The notes under the pieces were generated by a model that saw only the letters and a list, made by a program, of their open reading frames with translations, ran no database searches and was not told where the DNA came from. A stretch of DNA of 64,000 nt, from the NCBI GenBank assembly GCA_964019335.1, contig OZ025669.1:62001-126000 (forward strand), written 5' to 3'. Positions 1-15,659 of the stretch are shown here, one piece after another (position 1 is the first letter of the stretch; each line of letters starts with the position of its first letter). The translations under genes and the position numbers were made by a program. This stretch comes from Diplonema japonicum. Its lineage: Eukaryota > Protista > Euglenozoa: Diplonemea.

Positions 1-3000
1 ACCAGCTGCCTCAGCCTGAGGGACAGCTGTCGGTGTGGCGGTGGGAACCGCAGCAGCGGCGGGAGTGGGTGATGTGGGCACAGCGGTCGTACCTGTTTAT
101 TTTTAATTATTTTGTTTGATTCCCCCTAAAACACACCTGGCTCCAACTCGCGCTCCTCTGCAACCTTCATTTCTTCCTCCTGAAGCGGCGGCCTCGGTCC
201 CTCCTCTTCGTCCTGCTTTTTCTTTTCTTCCTCCACCACCTGGTCCTTCTCCGGGGCTTCTTCTTCCTCAGGCTGGCTCGCGTGCTCCGATGGAACGCTG
301 CCCTCAGCAGCACTATCTTCCGTGTCGTCAGAGCCCAGCTCCTCCAGCGCCTTTCGCTTCTCGTCGACCTCTGCACGCAGCGCCGCTTCCCAATCGGCAG
401 GCCCGGCGGTTGCCTCCGCCTCCGCCTCCGCCTCCATCTCGGGAAGCTCCGAACTCATCCTCTGCAGCGTTCCCTTTTCTTGTTCCATCACTTCTCGGGC
501 TGCCTTCAGGGATGTCACGTCCTGCACCAGGTCGGGGTTCTCGCCCGCCGACGTGGTATCGGTGCAGCGCGAGCGGCTCGTCGAGGGGGCTGGTCCGTCA
601 GCCTCTGAGGCGGGGGCGAGGGCTGCAACCTGCTCGGAGAGCACCCGCAGCTGCTCTTCTGCCCTGTCTTGTTTCCAGTCCTTCAGCTCATCCACCCTGG
701 CCCGCAGGGCGTCCAGCTCATCCTCGAGCTTCTGCCTCGCGAGGTCGTCCGACCCATCGTCCCTCCCAGCTTGCAAGGCCTCTGCTTCGTTGATCTTCGC
801 AACAATGTCCTCCCTCAGCTTCTTCGCCCATGCCGGCTCCGCGTCAGCGTCGCCACGTTCTGCCTCGTTGCGTGCGGGCCTGGATTCCTCTCCCTTCGAG
901 GAGGACGAGGGGCGGACGCTGCTCTCTTCCTTCTCCTCCAAAAGAGCCGTCGGAACAACTGGAACTGGAACTGGAACCGGGACCGGGGCTTCAGCCTGAG
1001 CCTCAGCTCGAGCTGCTGGAACCTGAACCGGAGCCGACTGAAGCTCTTCCTCCGTCGTCGCTCCCGCCTTCGCATCTACGCTCGGCTTTTCTTCCTCTGC
1101 CTCTGCCCCTGCCTCTGCCTGTGTTCGTGGAGACGATGAACGGGAAGGCGAAGATGACGATGACGGCGCGTGCGATGTGGGCTTCTGCTTCTCCGTCCCT
1201 GCCTCTTCTTTTCCTTTCGAAACAGCCGGAACCTCAGCCTCAGTCTCAGCCTCAACCTCGGTCTCAGCCTCAACCTCAACGTTCGCCACGCGTTCATCAA
1301 CAGCAACAACACCGCTGCTGTCTCTTTCTCCGTCCTTTTGCACCGCTGTCTCCGCCTCCGCGGGCTGTCCCTCGACTGCCGGCGACGACAACAACGGCGG
1401 TGGCGAAGACGGCTGTGTGCCACCCGCGACCTCTTCTTGCTCTTTTTCCTCGGGGGCAGCAGGAGCGGGGACAGCGGGAGCGGGTGAGGAGGTTGGCACC
1501 GAAACGGGCTTCCCTGCCTCAGCCTCATCAGGACCGGGTCCTCGTGCGGCATCGTCGCCACCAGCTGCCTCAGCCTGAGGGACAGCTGTCGGTGTGGCGG
1601 TGGGAACCGCAGCAGCGGCGGGAGTGGGTGATGTGGGCACAGCGGTCGTACCTGTTTATTTTTAATTATTTTGTTTGATTCCCCCTAAAACACACCTGGC
1701 TCCAACTCGCGCTCCTCTGCAACCTTCATTTCTTCCTCCTGAAGCGGCGGCCTCGGTCCCTCCTCTTCGTCCTGCTTTTTCTTTTCTTCCTCCACCACCT
1801 GGTCCTTCTCCGGGGCTTCTTCTTCCTCAGGCTGGCTCGCGTGCTCCGATGGAACGCTGCCCTCAGCAGCACTATCTTCCGTGTCGTCAGAGCCCAGCTC
1901 CTCCAGCGCCTTTCGCTTCTCGTCGACCTCTGCACGCAGCGCCGCTTCCCAATCGGCAGGCCCGGCGGTTGCCTCCGCCTCCGCCTCCGCCTCCATCTCG
2001 GGAAGCTCCGAACTCATCCTCTGCAGCGTTCCCTTTTCTTGTTCCATCACTTCTCGGGCTGCCTTCAGGGATGTCACGTCCTGCACCAGGTCGGGGTTCT
2101 CGCCCGCCGACGTGGTATCGGTGCAGCGCGAGCGGCTCGTCGAGGGGGCTGGTCCGTCAGCCTCTGAGGCGGGGGCGAGGGCTGCAACCTGCTCGGAGAG
2201 CACCCGCAGCTGCTCTTCTGCCCTGTCTTGTTTCCAGTCCTTCAGCTCATCCACCCTGGCCCGCAGGGCGTCCAGCTCATCCTCGAGCTTCTGCCTCGCG
2301 AGGTCGTCCGACCCATCGTCCCTCCCAGCTTGCAAGGCCTCTGCTTCGTTGATCTTCGCAACAATGTCCTCCCTCAGCTTCTTCGCCCATGCCGGCTCCG
2401 CGTCAGCGTCGCCACGTTCTGCCTCGTTGCGTGCGGGCCTGGATTCCTCTCCCTTCGAGGAGGACGAGGGGCGGACGCTGCTCTCTTCCTTCTCCTCCAA
2501 AAGAGCCGTCGGAACAACTGGAACTGGAACTGGAACCGGGACCGGGGCTTCAGCCTGAGCCTCAGCTCGAGCTGCTGGAACCTGAACCGGAGCCGACTGA
2601 AGCTCTTCCTCCGTCGTCGCTCCCGCCTTCGCATCTACGCTCGGCTTTTCTTCCTCTGCCTCTGCCCCTGCCTCTGCCTGTGTTCGTGGAGACGATGAAC
2701 GGGAAGGCGAAGATGACGATGACGGCGCGTGCGATGTGGGCTTCTGCTTCTCCGTCCCTGCCTCTTCTTTTCCTTTCGAAACAGCCGGAACCTCAGCCTC
2801 AGTCTCAGCCTCAACCTCGGTCTCAGCCTCAACCTCAACGTTCGCCACGCGTTCATCAACAGCAACAACACCGCTGCTGTCTCTTTCTCCGTCCTTTTGC
2901 ACCGCTGTCTCCGCCTCCGCGGGCTGTCCCTCGACTGCCGGCGACGACAACAACGGCGGTGGCGAAGACGGCTGTGTGCCACCCGCGACCTCTTCTTGCT

Positions 3001-3408
3001 CTTTTTCCTCGGGGGCAGCAGGAGCGGGGACAGCGGGAGCGGGTGAGGAGGTTGGCACCGAAACGGGCTTCCCTGCCTCAGCCTCATCAGGACCGGGTCC
3101 TCGTGCGGCATCGTCGCCACCAGCTGCCTCAGCCTGAGGGACAGCTGTCGGTGTGGCGGTGGGAACCGCAGCAGCGGCGGGAGTGGGTGATGTGGGCACA
3201 GCGGTCGTACCTGTTTATTTTTAATTATTTTGTTTGATTCCCCCTAAAACACACCTGGCTCCAACTCGCGCTCCTCTGCAACCTTCATTTCTTCCTCCTG
3301 AAGCGGCGGCCTCGGTCCCTCCTCTTCGTCCTGCTTTTTCTTTTCTTCCTCCACCACCTGGTCCTTCTCCGGGGCTTCTTCTTCCTCAGGCTGGCTCGCG
3401 TGCTCCGA
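1..3408. repeat. Tandem repeat, 1559-bp unit, about 2.2 copies visible, apparently identical
   Basis: The ORF track repeats with an exact 1559 offset (126/1685, 116/1675/3234). Identity breaks after about 3408. Confidence 0.97.
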
Positions 3409-6400
3409 CGGTACTTTGCATTGTCCCGAGAGAGAAGAAGAACTATCACTAATTCGAGAGGAAGAGGTGCCTTCCGAACCTAGTTCGACAAGAGCACGCT
3501 GACTTTCTTCAAGCTTTGAGCGAAGGTCTGACTCCCAAGCAGGAGTCTCAGTTTCAAGCTGTTGTTCCTCACCGTCTTGTGGTGTCAGAGAGTTCAGAAC
3601 AAGCTTGTGAAGCTCGTTGTTCTGGTTGTGTGTGTCCTTTGCTGCCTCATGCAGAGCCTCATACTCTTTCCCAAAATCGGTGAGATCGCTACTTTCAGTG
3701 GTAACAGTGCCTGCTGCTGGAGGGGCACGGGATCTCAACTGCTCCATCAAGTCAAGGAGGTTGTCGGGAACCTCCTTGTCCCCCGCCTTAGTGTTCAGTA
3801 CCTTTTGGATTTCGTCACGTATAAGTTCAGACTTGTCCTTTAGCGCTTCAAGCTGCCCGTCTTGCTTTGGCTTCATTGCATCCTTCGCTTCTGATAGTCT
3901 CCTGTCCACCTCTTCACGAAGGCGGGTTGCCCACAGTGGCTCACCAGGGTGCGGCTCGGAAGCATTCACAGGCTTATCATCATCGGGCATTTCTAATAGA
4001 AAAACCTGAGCATTCCCCTGAGAAGGCAGAGTACTATCTTCGGAGGAGCCTCCTGCTTTTGGTTCGCATTGCCGTTGTTCGGAAATTGCTGCATCCACGT
4101 GATGGACAGCAACGCTCTTAGCACCATCAAGAGAGCTGCCGAGTGGCTGCTTGTTCAGGTGTTTGCGCTCATAGTGAATGACTTGTGCAGGCGTCTCAAC
4201 TGGTTCAGCACTAAGAATTTGTGTATGTGTACTCTGCAATCCCTCATCCTTCACCTCGTCTTCCACCATCCGATGCAGATCTTCATCCCCAGGAGAAGTA
4301 GCGTCTTGATCGTCATTACTATTCTGTAATCTTGTTTCTCCTTCCTCGCTACTCTTTCTGTTCTTCTCGTCTTCGGTACTAGTCTTTTTGTCATCTTCCT
4401 CGTCCTCTTGATTAAGAGACATAAGTTCTGCCTGGTGTGCAAGTTCTGGTGGCGGGATGTTTGCGATAGCACCTTCTTTCCTATTTCGAACAACGACGGC
4501 TGTTTCTCCCTCACTGCTGCCTGCTTCATCCGTTCTTGTGCCTCCCAGATCAGCAACAGCGTGTTGAACTTCTTCAAGCTTGTCTGACTCCCAAGCAGGA
4601 GCCATAGTTTCGAGCTGTTGTTCCTCACCGTCTTGTGGTGTCAGAGAGTTCAGAACAAGCTTGTGAAGCTCGTTGTTCTGGTTGTGTGCGTCCTTTGCTG
4701 CCTCATGCAGAGCCTCATACTCTTTCCCAAAATCGGTGAGATCGCTACTTTCAGTGGTAACAGTGCCTGCTGCTGGAGGGGCACGGGATCTCAACTGCTC
4801 CATCAAGTCAAGGAGGTTGTCGGGAACCTCCTTGTCCCCCGCCTTAGTGTTCAGTACCTTTTGGATTTCGTCACGTATAAGTTCAGACTTGTCCTTTAGC
4901 GCTTCAAGCTGCCCGTCTTGCTTTGGCTTCATTGCATCCTTCGCTTCTGATAGTCTCCTGTCCACCTCTTCACGAAGGCGGGTTGCCCACAGTGGCTCAC
5001 CAGGGTGCGGCTCGGAATTGCACGAAAAGGACACTTCTTGTGACACGTCTTGTGTGCTCTCAGGCAATTGTGTACCCACAAACAGTGCAGCTCTCTCGTC
5101 TGGAACCAGTGTACGTTTTACTATGGGCTGTGCAGTTGGTAAAACACTATCTACCGCTGCAGGCACAGCTGTTCCGGGCAAAAGTGTGGGTATCACCGTT
5201 GGTTGTGCAGCTGACGTAGTAGTTGGTGCTGACGTGGGTATTGCTTTAAGTTGTACTGTGGCTGATGGAGCTGTCTCGCCAGATTCAATTGTAGGCATCG
5301 CCGTAAGCTGTGCAATTTGCTCAACAGTTGGCGCTGCTATAGCAACGGCGGCGCGCACAGCTGTCTCAAATGGCATCTCCGTGGTTTGCACAACAGTAGG
5401 CACAGCAGTGGACACAGCTGTTTCACTAGCAGTAATTGTGGGCATAACCATAGGAAGTGCGGACATCGCCGTTGGTTCTGCTGTTGGCCTTGAGGTCAAT
5501 AGTGCACTGGGTAGTGTAATTGACGCCACGGTTGGGTTAGCAGTGGACGTAGAGGCCAAGGTTGCCTTATTGGTGTCTGCTCTCCCATCAGGAGCAGCCA
5601 CTGACGTAGCAAGGACGGCAGGGAATGCTGCGCTTGCGAACGCCTCCACCGGAACAGGTGAATGGGTGTTATTGGCAAACTGAGATTCCTTTTTCCCTTT
5701 GCTGCAATCGTCATCTTGAAGCCCCGTGTTTGCTTGGAATACAGGAACTATGGGTTCGTTGTCTGTGTCATTTTGTGACTGGGGTATGACCTCAGTTGTA
5801 CTGCTTGAACTGGGATATTTTATCACCTCAGCCTTCATTTTGAACTCTTGATTGTGTTCATTTGCAGGAGAATCGTGCCGGAATTCTGAATAAGTTTCCA
5901 CCAGCTCAACCTCCTGTTGACCATCCCTCTCGGTACTACCTGACTGCTCACTAGACAAGCGCTCTGTTTTTCTCGAGTCCGTGGAGTGAAGCCCTGACTC
6001 CTCAAGCTGTTCCTCACCGTCTTGTGGTGTCAGAGAGTTCAGAACAAGCTTGTGAAGCTCGTTGTTCTGGTTGTGTGCGTCCTTTGCTGCCTCATGCAGA
6101 GCCTCATACTCTTTCCCAAAATCGGTGAGATCGCTACTTTCAGTGGTAACAGTGCCTGCTGCTGGAGGGGCACGGGATCTCAACTGCTCCATCAAGTCAA
6201 GGAGGTTGTCGGGAACCTCCTTGTCCCCCGCCTTAGTGTTCAGTACCTTTTGGATTTCGTCACGTATAAGTTCAGACTTGTCCTTTAGCGCTTCAAGCTG
6301 CCCGTCTTGCTTTGGCTTCATTGCATCCTTCGCTTCTGATAGTCTCCTGTCCACCTCTTCACGAAGGCGGGTTGCCCACAGTGGCTCACCAGGGTGCGGC

Positions 6401-7623
6401 TCGGAAGCATTCACAGGCTTATCATCATCGGGCATTTCTCTACGATTGTTCGAATCAGCAAAGTGAGTAGGTGTAGAGGTGCCCCCTTCGTGCATCAGAG
6501 TATTTTCTAACTTACCAGCCGACTTTTCGTCCTTAATGTCCTTCAAAGACAGAGATGAAAGCATCTCAGAAAGAAGAGGAAGTTGGCTGGCTACGTTCGT
6601 TTCGTTCAAATCTATCACAGCAGACCTTAAGAAGTCAACCTTAGGGTCGTAGTGTTCGGGGATCTCTTTCAGCAAGCAAGCTTTGAGAGTGTCCAGCTCA
6701 AGCAGGTCACACGGGGGTACAACAAGGATTTTGGACTTGTTGTCGATCAATATTACTGCTGTTTCTAACCAGCTTGGGCATGAGGAGGGTGCAGATGACG
6801 CTGGAGAGAGAGTAGGTGGTGTCACCATGAGGGGGACGGTGGACGGATAAGAATTGAGCTGTTCATGTGCTGTGAGGTTGAGGGCCAAGTTACTCAGGGA
6901 AACAAGATGTTTGTGGGCTTGTGTGGCTTCAAGGTTCGCTTGCTGTAATGAAGAAAGATCACTGCAAAGCTGGGGATTGCTGGCATGCCGGTCCTTGATA
7001 GCGTCGATGTGTGGGTTGTGGGATGTGGCGTGAAGCGCTACAACGGGAGGGAGGTAACGGGCTTGGAAGTCTAGTGAGTCTCGTGAAGCAATGGTGCTGA
7101 TGGCACTTTCGATCTTGGAAGCGAGCTGCCGATGACGGGGCGTGACCTGAGGGTTGGAAGCCGCGCTAGATGAGATGCTGTGCGCCAAGCAGAGAACTGA
7201 GTTCTGAGCATTCATCAGGAAGTTTAACCCCTCCTGTGCAGTGGCATTCTCAAGCTCCGATTCATGCAGAGCTTCTAGAAGGGCCGCAGTGACATTACTG
7301 GCGAGAGAGGAGGGCGGCGAGATTGAGACAGAGGCTGAACAGCCGTGAGGCAGCCATGTCTTCCCGTCCCACCTCCCCTCTGGACACGACAGTCGGGAAG
7401 ACTGACGCAGAATGCCACGCTCCCCTGCCTCCTCCTCGCACAGTGCCTTCCTGTACTCCATTTCGCTTGCGAACAGCTTCACTTCGCCCCTGCTGGCCAA
7501 TTGCCCTTCCAGCTTTTTTAATACCATCCGCACCTGGTCCCATCCTTCCCCTCCCGTGATCTCCCTCATCTTCTCCATCGCACCCCGCAGCTCTTCCGTT
7601 GCATCGCCATCACCCTCGTTCAT
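1..7623 (-). CDS. Giant acidic/Ala-Pro-rich repetitive protein, spliced, 3' end runs off the window
   Basis: Likely start ATG at 7623 (MNEGDG..., preceded by TATAG|GT). The ORF to 3255 joins the 504-aa ORFs in frame via identical 44-nt GT..AG introns at 3211-3254, 1652-1695 and 93-136 (junction ...ELEP-G-TTAVPTSP). Confidence 0.85.
3556..6438. repeat. Three near-identical ~400-440 bp in-frame internal repeats (about 3556-3993, 4613-5016, 6005-6438)
   Basis: The peptide SEPHPGEPLWATRLREEVDRR...TPQDGEEQ occurs three times with essentially identical DNA. Confidence 0.95.
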
Positions 7624-7893
7624 ACCTATAAGTGTTGCAAGCGATATGCTAAAAAACACAAAAGCACAAGGGATACACAAGCCGGAGGAAAGCATATGAA
7701 GCAATGGGGAAAATAAAAAGGGAACGTGAGAGGGCTTGGTAGAGTCGTCTCTTTCATGAAACAGTGGATATAAGGGCAGGGGAAGCAATAAGTTATTACG
7801 GCTGCTCATACGGAGCACAGTGATAAGGGGGAGCCTCGGGAGGGGTCATATTACAATCTATCATTATACAGAAAAGATAAGGCTCTAGCGGGT

Positions 7894-11302
<3,409 letters not shown>

Positions 11303-11305
11303 TTA

Positions 11306-11845
11306 CGCCTCATATCTCTAAAACCCGTCAGGTCAGGCAAAGTCCGGAATGCCGGGCTACAGAGAAAAGTTCAACAAAGCTTGGTAGAGCAGACAATCAA
11401 GCGGAAATCACGGAGCAAGCGTTTTGGGAATGTGCCCCTGCGATGAGCGCAGCAAGAGTGCATACGCGGGCGCGAGGGAAGGCAAAAGCACGGGATCAGC
11501 ACGTGTCAGGCGAGCACGTGTCAGCACGTAGGCAGCAAGCTTGCTATAGCACAGCACAGCATGCAAGGTAGCTTTTGCACAGTAGGGGTCATGTTTGGAC
11601 AATGCCCCGTTTGTGTAGCATAGATAAAATGGTGCAGTGGATGGGGTATGACCTGTATAAAAGGGTGTGGCTCTAATCCCGACACAGACGGCACCGTTGA
11701 ACTGGACTGAAAAACATGTCAGAAAAAAAGATCGAATTGCAGGCAATTTCTTACGCGACGATTTGAGTTCATTTAAATAGCAATTCTCTGAACCGGTTTA
11801 ACGGGAAGGGGAAGGGCCGAAAACGGGCTTTAGAGATATGTGGCG
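11306..11845. mobile_element. MITE / non-autonomous DNA transposon, 540 bp
   Basis: TIRs CGCCTCATATCTCTAAAACCCGT (11306-11328) and ACGGGCTTTAGAGATATGTGGCG (11823-11845) match at 21/23. TTA flanks both sides (11303-11305, 11846-11848). No credible ORF inside. Confidence 0.85.
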
Positions 11846-14467
11846 TTATTATATATTAAAAGTGAAAGGCACCCATGATCGGGAGAGGGGGAGGGCGCAA
11901 GCAAACGTATGCATCGTCTTAACCTGCTGAGCTAGGTGAGCTAGGTTGATGGGGGGAAGAAAAAAAAAGAAATTGCTTCTCGCACGCCCTTGTGCAGCTC
12001 ACAGCATAGCCCTTAAGAAGAGCATCACGGCCAAGTGAATAAACACAGGGACGGACTGTGGGAAAGAAATTACTTTAGAACGAAAGAATAGAAGATACAA
12101 AGCGTGGGCGGCTTTACTTAAATCTCTTTGCGTCTATTTGGCTCTTCTCGAAGGAGGGAGGTCGCAATTTTACAAAGCATACCGTTGATAAACCAAAAAA
12201 AGAAAAGAAAAGAAAAGAAAATGAAAAACATACCTTCTTGGCTTTTTTCGGTATTTTTAAAAATCCAAAGTATTTCTTTTTTTTTTTTTCTTCTTTTGTT
12301 TCTTTTTTCTTTTTTTTTTTTTTTGTCTCTGTTCTTTTTGTTTCCCTCTCTTGTCTCCTGTTTCCCCCCTTTTTTTGTTCTCCTTTCTAGCACTCGACAA
12401 AAATTACGTTCACGTCTCCAGTGTTGTGGGCCCATGTATAGTCTAACCTCTCATGACTAGAAGGTATGGAAGGTAGTTGATCTGGAACCTTTGCCAGAAA
12501 CACCTTTGGTGTGAAACGCTTTAAAAAAAATAAAGGGAATACAACATAACTGCACTGGTAGGAGGAACAAAATAAAATAAAAAGAAGAAAGAGGAGGAAT
12601 TGAAAGAACGAGATAATCAAAAGAAGGGCCGCTAACGACCTAAATAACAGGAAAGGTAGAAGAGGGTTGAAGAGGGGGGGGGGGGGGGGGATCTTCTTGT
12701 TCTTTGCAGTCTTCTCGTATTACAAGAGGGAAAAAATAAAAGGCGATGTTTAAGGGCAAATCCCACTTGAGGACCACCCTTGATAAAATAAAATAAAAAA
12801 AGGGAAGCCTTAGGAGGCATTTGGTGGGTAAGGGCGTGTATCCAAGCAAGGAAATGCAGAATGATTGAATGGAAAAAAAATATAAAAAAAAAAAAAAAAA
12901 TAAAAATGGAGTACTCTTTGGAATATTTAGTACAATTTTCTTCAAACTTTCTTCTTTTCCCCCTCTTTTTCTTTTCTTTCAATCTACGAAATGCTTCGAA
13001 AGACCACGCAAGGAAAGCTGGGGGTGTGTGTGTGTGTGTGCACTGTTTGGAGTAAAGTATGCTTCTCGAGCGTCACCGTAAGGAGGAAAAAAAAAAAGAT
13101 GTAAATAAAGTGGAGCTGAAACGGAACCTGCAGCTGGTTTTCGGCCTTTTTTTGCTGGGGTGTTATCTGGCCACCAATTCAGCGTAAAGGCGAAGAGCTG
13201 CAGGAGTTCTCCCCCCCCTTTTCTTTTTTCAAAAAGCAATATAATTACATTCACACGCTTTCCCTGTGTTCCCTTTCTGTCTTTCTTTTTTCTTTTTCTT
13301 TCTTTTCTTTTTTGTCAGCATTCGTAAAAGAGGAGAGAGGTTATAAAAAGAGAAAAAAAAAAGAGAGAAAAAAAAAACTCCACTTGTACAGTGCCGCGCC
13401 CAAAATACTAGTTAGTTGGTGCAGGGACACCTTGGTGTTGGTGGTGCTTCTTTATTTCTTTTTTTTTTTTTTCAAAAAAATTTCAAAAAAAAAAAATAAT
13501 AAAATTACCTTGCATGGTGCGTACAAATAATAGGGGCATTGGGTCACCTGTCTTTTGCTCAAGCCAAGAGTGGCACACGGTTGACAGGCAGACATGCCAG
13601 GATTCGCTTGCTTACTTGGGCACCCGTGCGGAAAGGGGAAAGTAAGCAAAAAAATACGTTAAATATGGGTGGGATAGCGAAGGGGATCTTTAAGATGTGT
13701 GGGCTTGTGAAAAAAGCGCTTCACACGTGCCAAAAGGAAATAGCGAGGGGTGTGTATTCCCCACCGGTCCCAGACTTCTTTCCTTTTTTTTTCTTCTTTT
13801 TTCTTTTTTTCTTCCAGTACTAGTATTGTTGTTGCCACTGATAAAGAAAAAAAAAAACGCCCCATCGAGTAAAAATGGAAATAGAAAAGGAAGGAAGAAA
13901 GTATTAAAAAAAAAAACAGAGAGAAGGAACAGAAAAGTGACAAATAAACTCAAATTAACATGCAAGCTCACTGAGACGAAAGCTGCATGCCCTAAAGGGG
14001 CAGGGTATGGCCAGTACTAGGTATCTCTCAGTTTTCGGTCAAATCTTGCGACTCCTCCAAGTGCTGACCTCTTCAGGCAAGAGGCCCCCTTCAACGGCTG
14101 AAAGTACTTTTCTCGACCATAAAAAAAAGGGGGGAAATAACAAGGTTTTCTTCTTTTTTGTTTTTTATTTTCTACTACCCAGAAAAAGAAGAAAAATTGC
14201 ATGGCGCAGCAGTTGAGTTGACACCTGTGCTGTCTATACAGCCGTTAGAGGCAGCAGATAAAAAGAAAGAGAAGGAAACGGGGAGAGAGAAAGAGTGAGA
14301 GATAGAGTGAGAGAAAACAGCAAATCGCTGCAAAGACATTTATCTTTATAAAAATCAAGATCGAGATGGTAAAGAAAGTGCTGAATGGTTCCGTTCCTGA
14401 CCTTATTCAAGCGCAACGTCGACAGGAAGAAAGGAACACATCGTCTTACTTACCTTCCTCACCTTTC

Positions 14468-15595
14468 CTATGCGTCTGTAGCGACATGCTCTAGGACATC
14501 ACCTACTGAGGGCGAGGCGCCCCTCGGTAAGGCATGCACACCGCCACGCGGGATGGCAGCAGTGCGGAAAGAAGACAGAATTGATGAGAGGCCACAGGGT
14601 GTGCTGGGAGCTTCGTCACCATGGGGTTGGTGCGAAGAAGTAGAAGAAGGGGTACAAGAAGAAGAGGTAGAAGAAGAAGAAGAAGACACCACTGAGCTGC
14701 ACGAGTCAGTCCTGGTGTCCTTGCGGGGCATCAACACACGTGGACGAGAACTATTTGCCCCCGGCGGTGCTTTCACTCTACACACGTGTACATTGTTACA
14801 CTCCACACCCCATTTGCAGGCCTTCTTTTGGTGCGGCCTGCAGATCCTGCCAGGTGGGACACGAGGGACGTCGCCCTGTGCTTCTGCACATATGTTCCGC
14901 ATCCCCCTTGTCACAGTCAGGATGTTGCGTGGGAGGGGCATCTTCCCACCACCGAACTGGAAGGTGTCCCACTCCCTCCCGCCCAGCAGCAGGGGCCACT
15001 CTCCAGACAACAGCGTCGCGTCGTAGTTGACGCACATCACATCACTGCAGCATGGCACGTTCCACAGGGAGCGCAGGGTTTTCAAATACGCACTTTCAAC
15101 ATGGATCTTCGAGCATTTCTCAAGCATGTGGCAGGCCTTTGTTTCATACTCACTGCACAAGACACTTTCGCTGCCTTTACTCACTGCGAGTTGTCTCCCT
15201 GCCGTGGGCTGTGTCTTGTCCACAGGTACCGCAAGGACTGTGTTGTCCGCTTCGCTGCGCACCTGCAGCTCAACCCTAGCAATCGCATCAGCTTTGCAAG
15301 GGTGCATCCCTCTGAGGTTCTGCACCGTCTTTCTGTCTGCGTGGATTGAGTTGCACCTGCTCTGAGCCCTACACTGCCTTGCCTGGAACTTCTTGCATAA
15401 GAACACTCGCTTACTTGTTCCCAGCTGCTGGAAGTAGCTTTCCAGTCCTGCTGTCCGCAGTACTTCTGGGTTGTTCCCCCCCGCCTGCATGTCGTAGGCT
15501 TGCTTGTTGATCGGGTCGAACACACGCACCATTGTACCCTCAGGCAGAGGGTGTCTGCTAGCTGGCTGCGGTTGCGTCTCAGACATTCGGCACAT
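14468..15595 (-). CDS. CCCH zinc-finger RNA-binding protein (3 fingers, Ser-rich tail)
   Basis: CKKFQARQCRAQSRCNSIH, CSEYETKACHMLEKCSKIH, CRPHQKKACKWGVECNNVH. Confidence 0.85.
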   Translation of the reverse strand: MCRMSETQPQPASRHPLPEGTMVRVFDPINKQAYDMQAGGNNPEVLRTAGLESYFQQLGTSKRVFLCKKFQARQCRAQSRCNSIHADRKTVQNLRGMHPCKADAIARVELQVRSEADNTVLAVPVDKTQPTAGRQLAVSKGSESVLCSEYETKACHMLEKCSKIHVESAYLKTLRSLWNVPCCSDVMCVNYDATLLSGEWPLLLGGREWDTFQFGGGKMPLPRNILTVTRGMRNICAEAQGDVPRVPPGRICRPHQKKACKWGVECNNVHVCRVKAPPGANSSRPRVLMPRKDTRTDSCSSVVSSSSSSTSSSCTPSSTSSHQPHGDEAPSTPCGLSSILSSFRTAAIPRGGVHALPRGASPSVGDVLEHVATDA

Positions 15596-15659
15596 TAATG
15601 TTAAGTGTACAAACTATAAGAGGTACAAGAGGAATGTATAACAAGAAGAACAACTAAAT

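Noticed and set aside
126-3199. Two separate 504-aa tandem genes
   Set aside because: They start at GTG, not ATG, and a 44-nt GT-AG intron joins them in frame to the upstream gene.
12118-14416. K/F-rich ORFs in AT-rich islands (also 39728-40997, 47357-48590)
   Set aside because: Translations of A/T homopolymer tracts.
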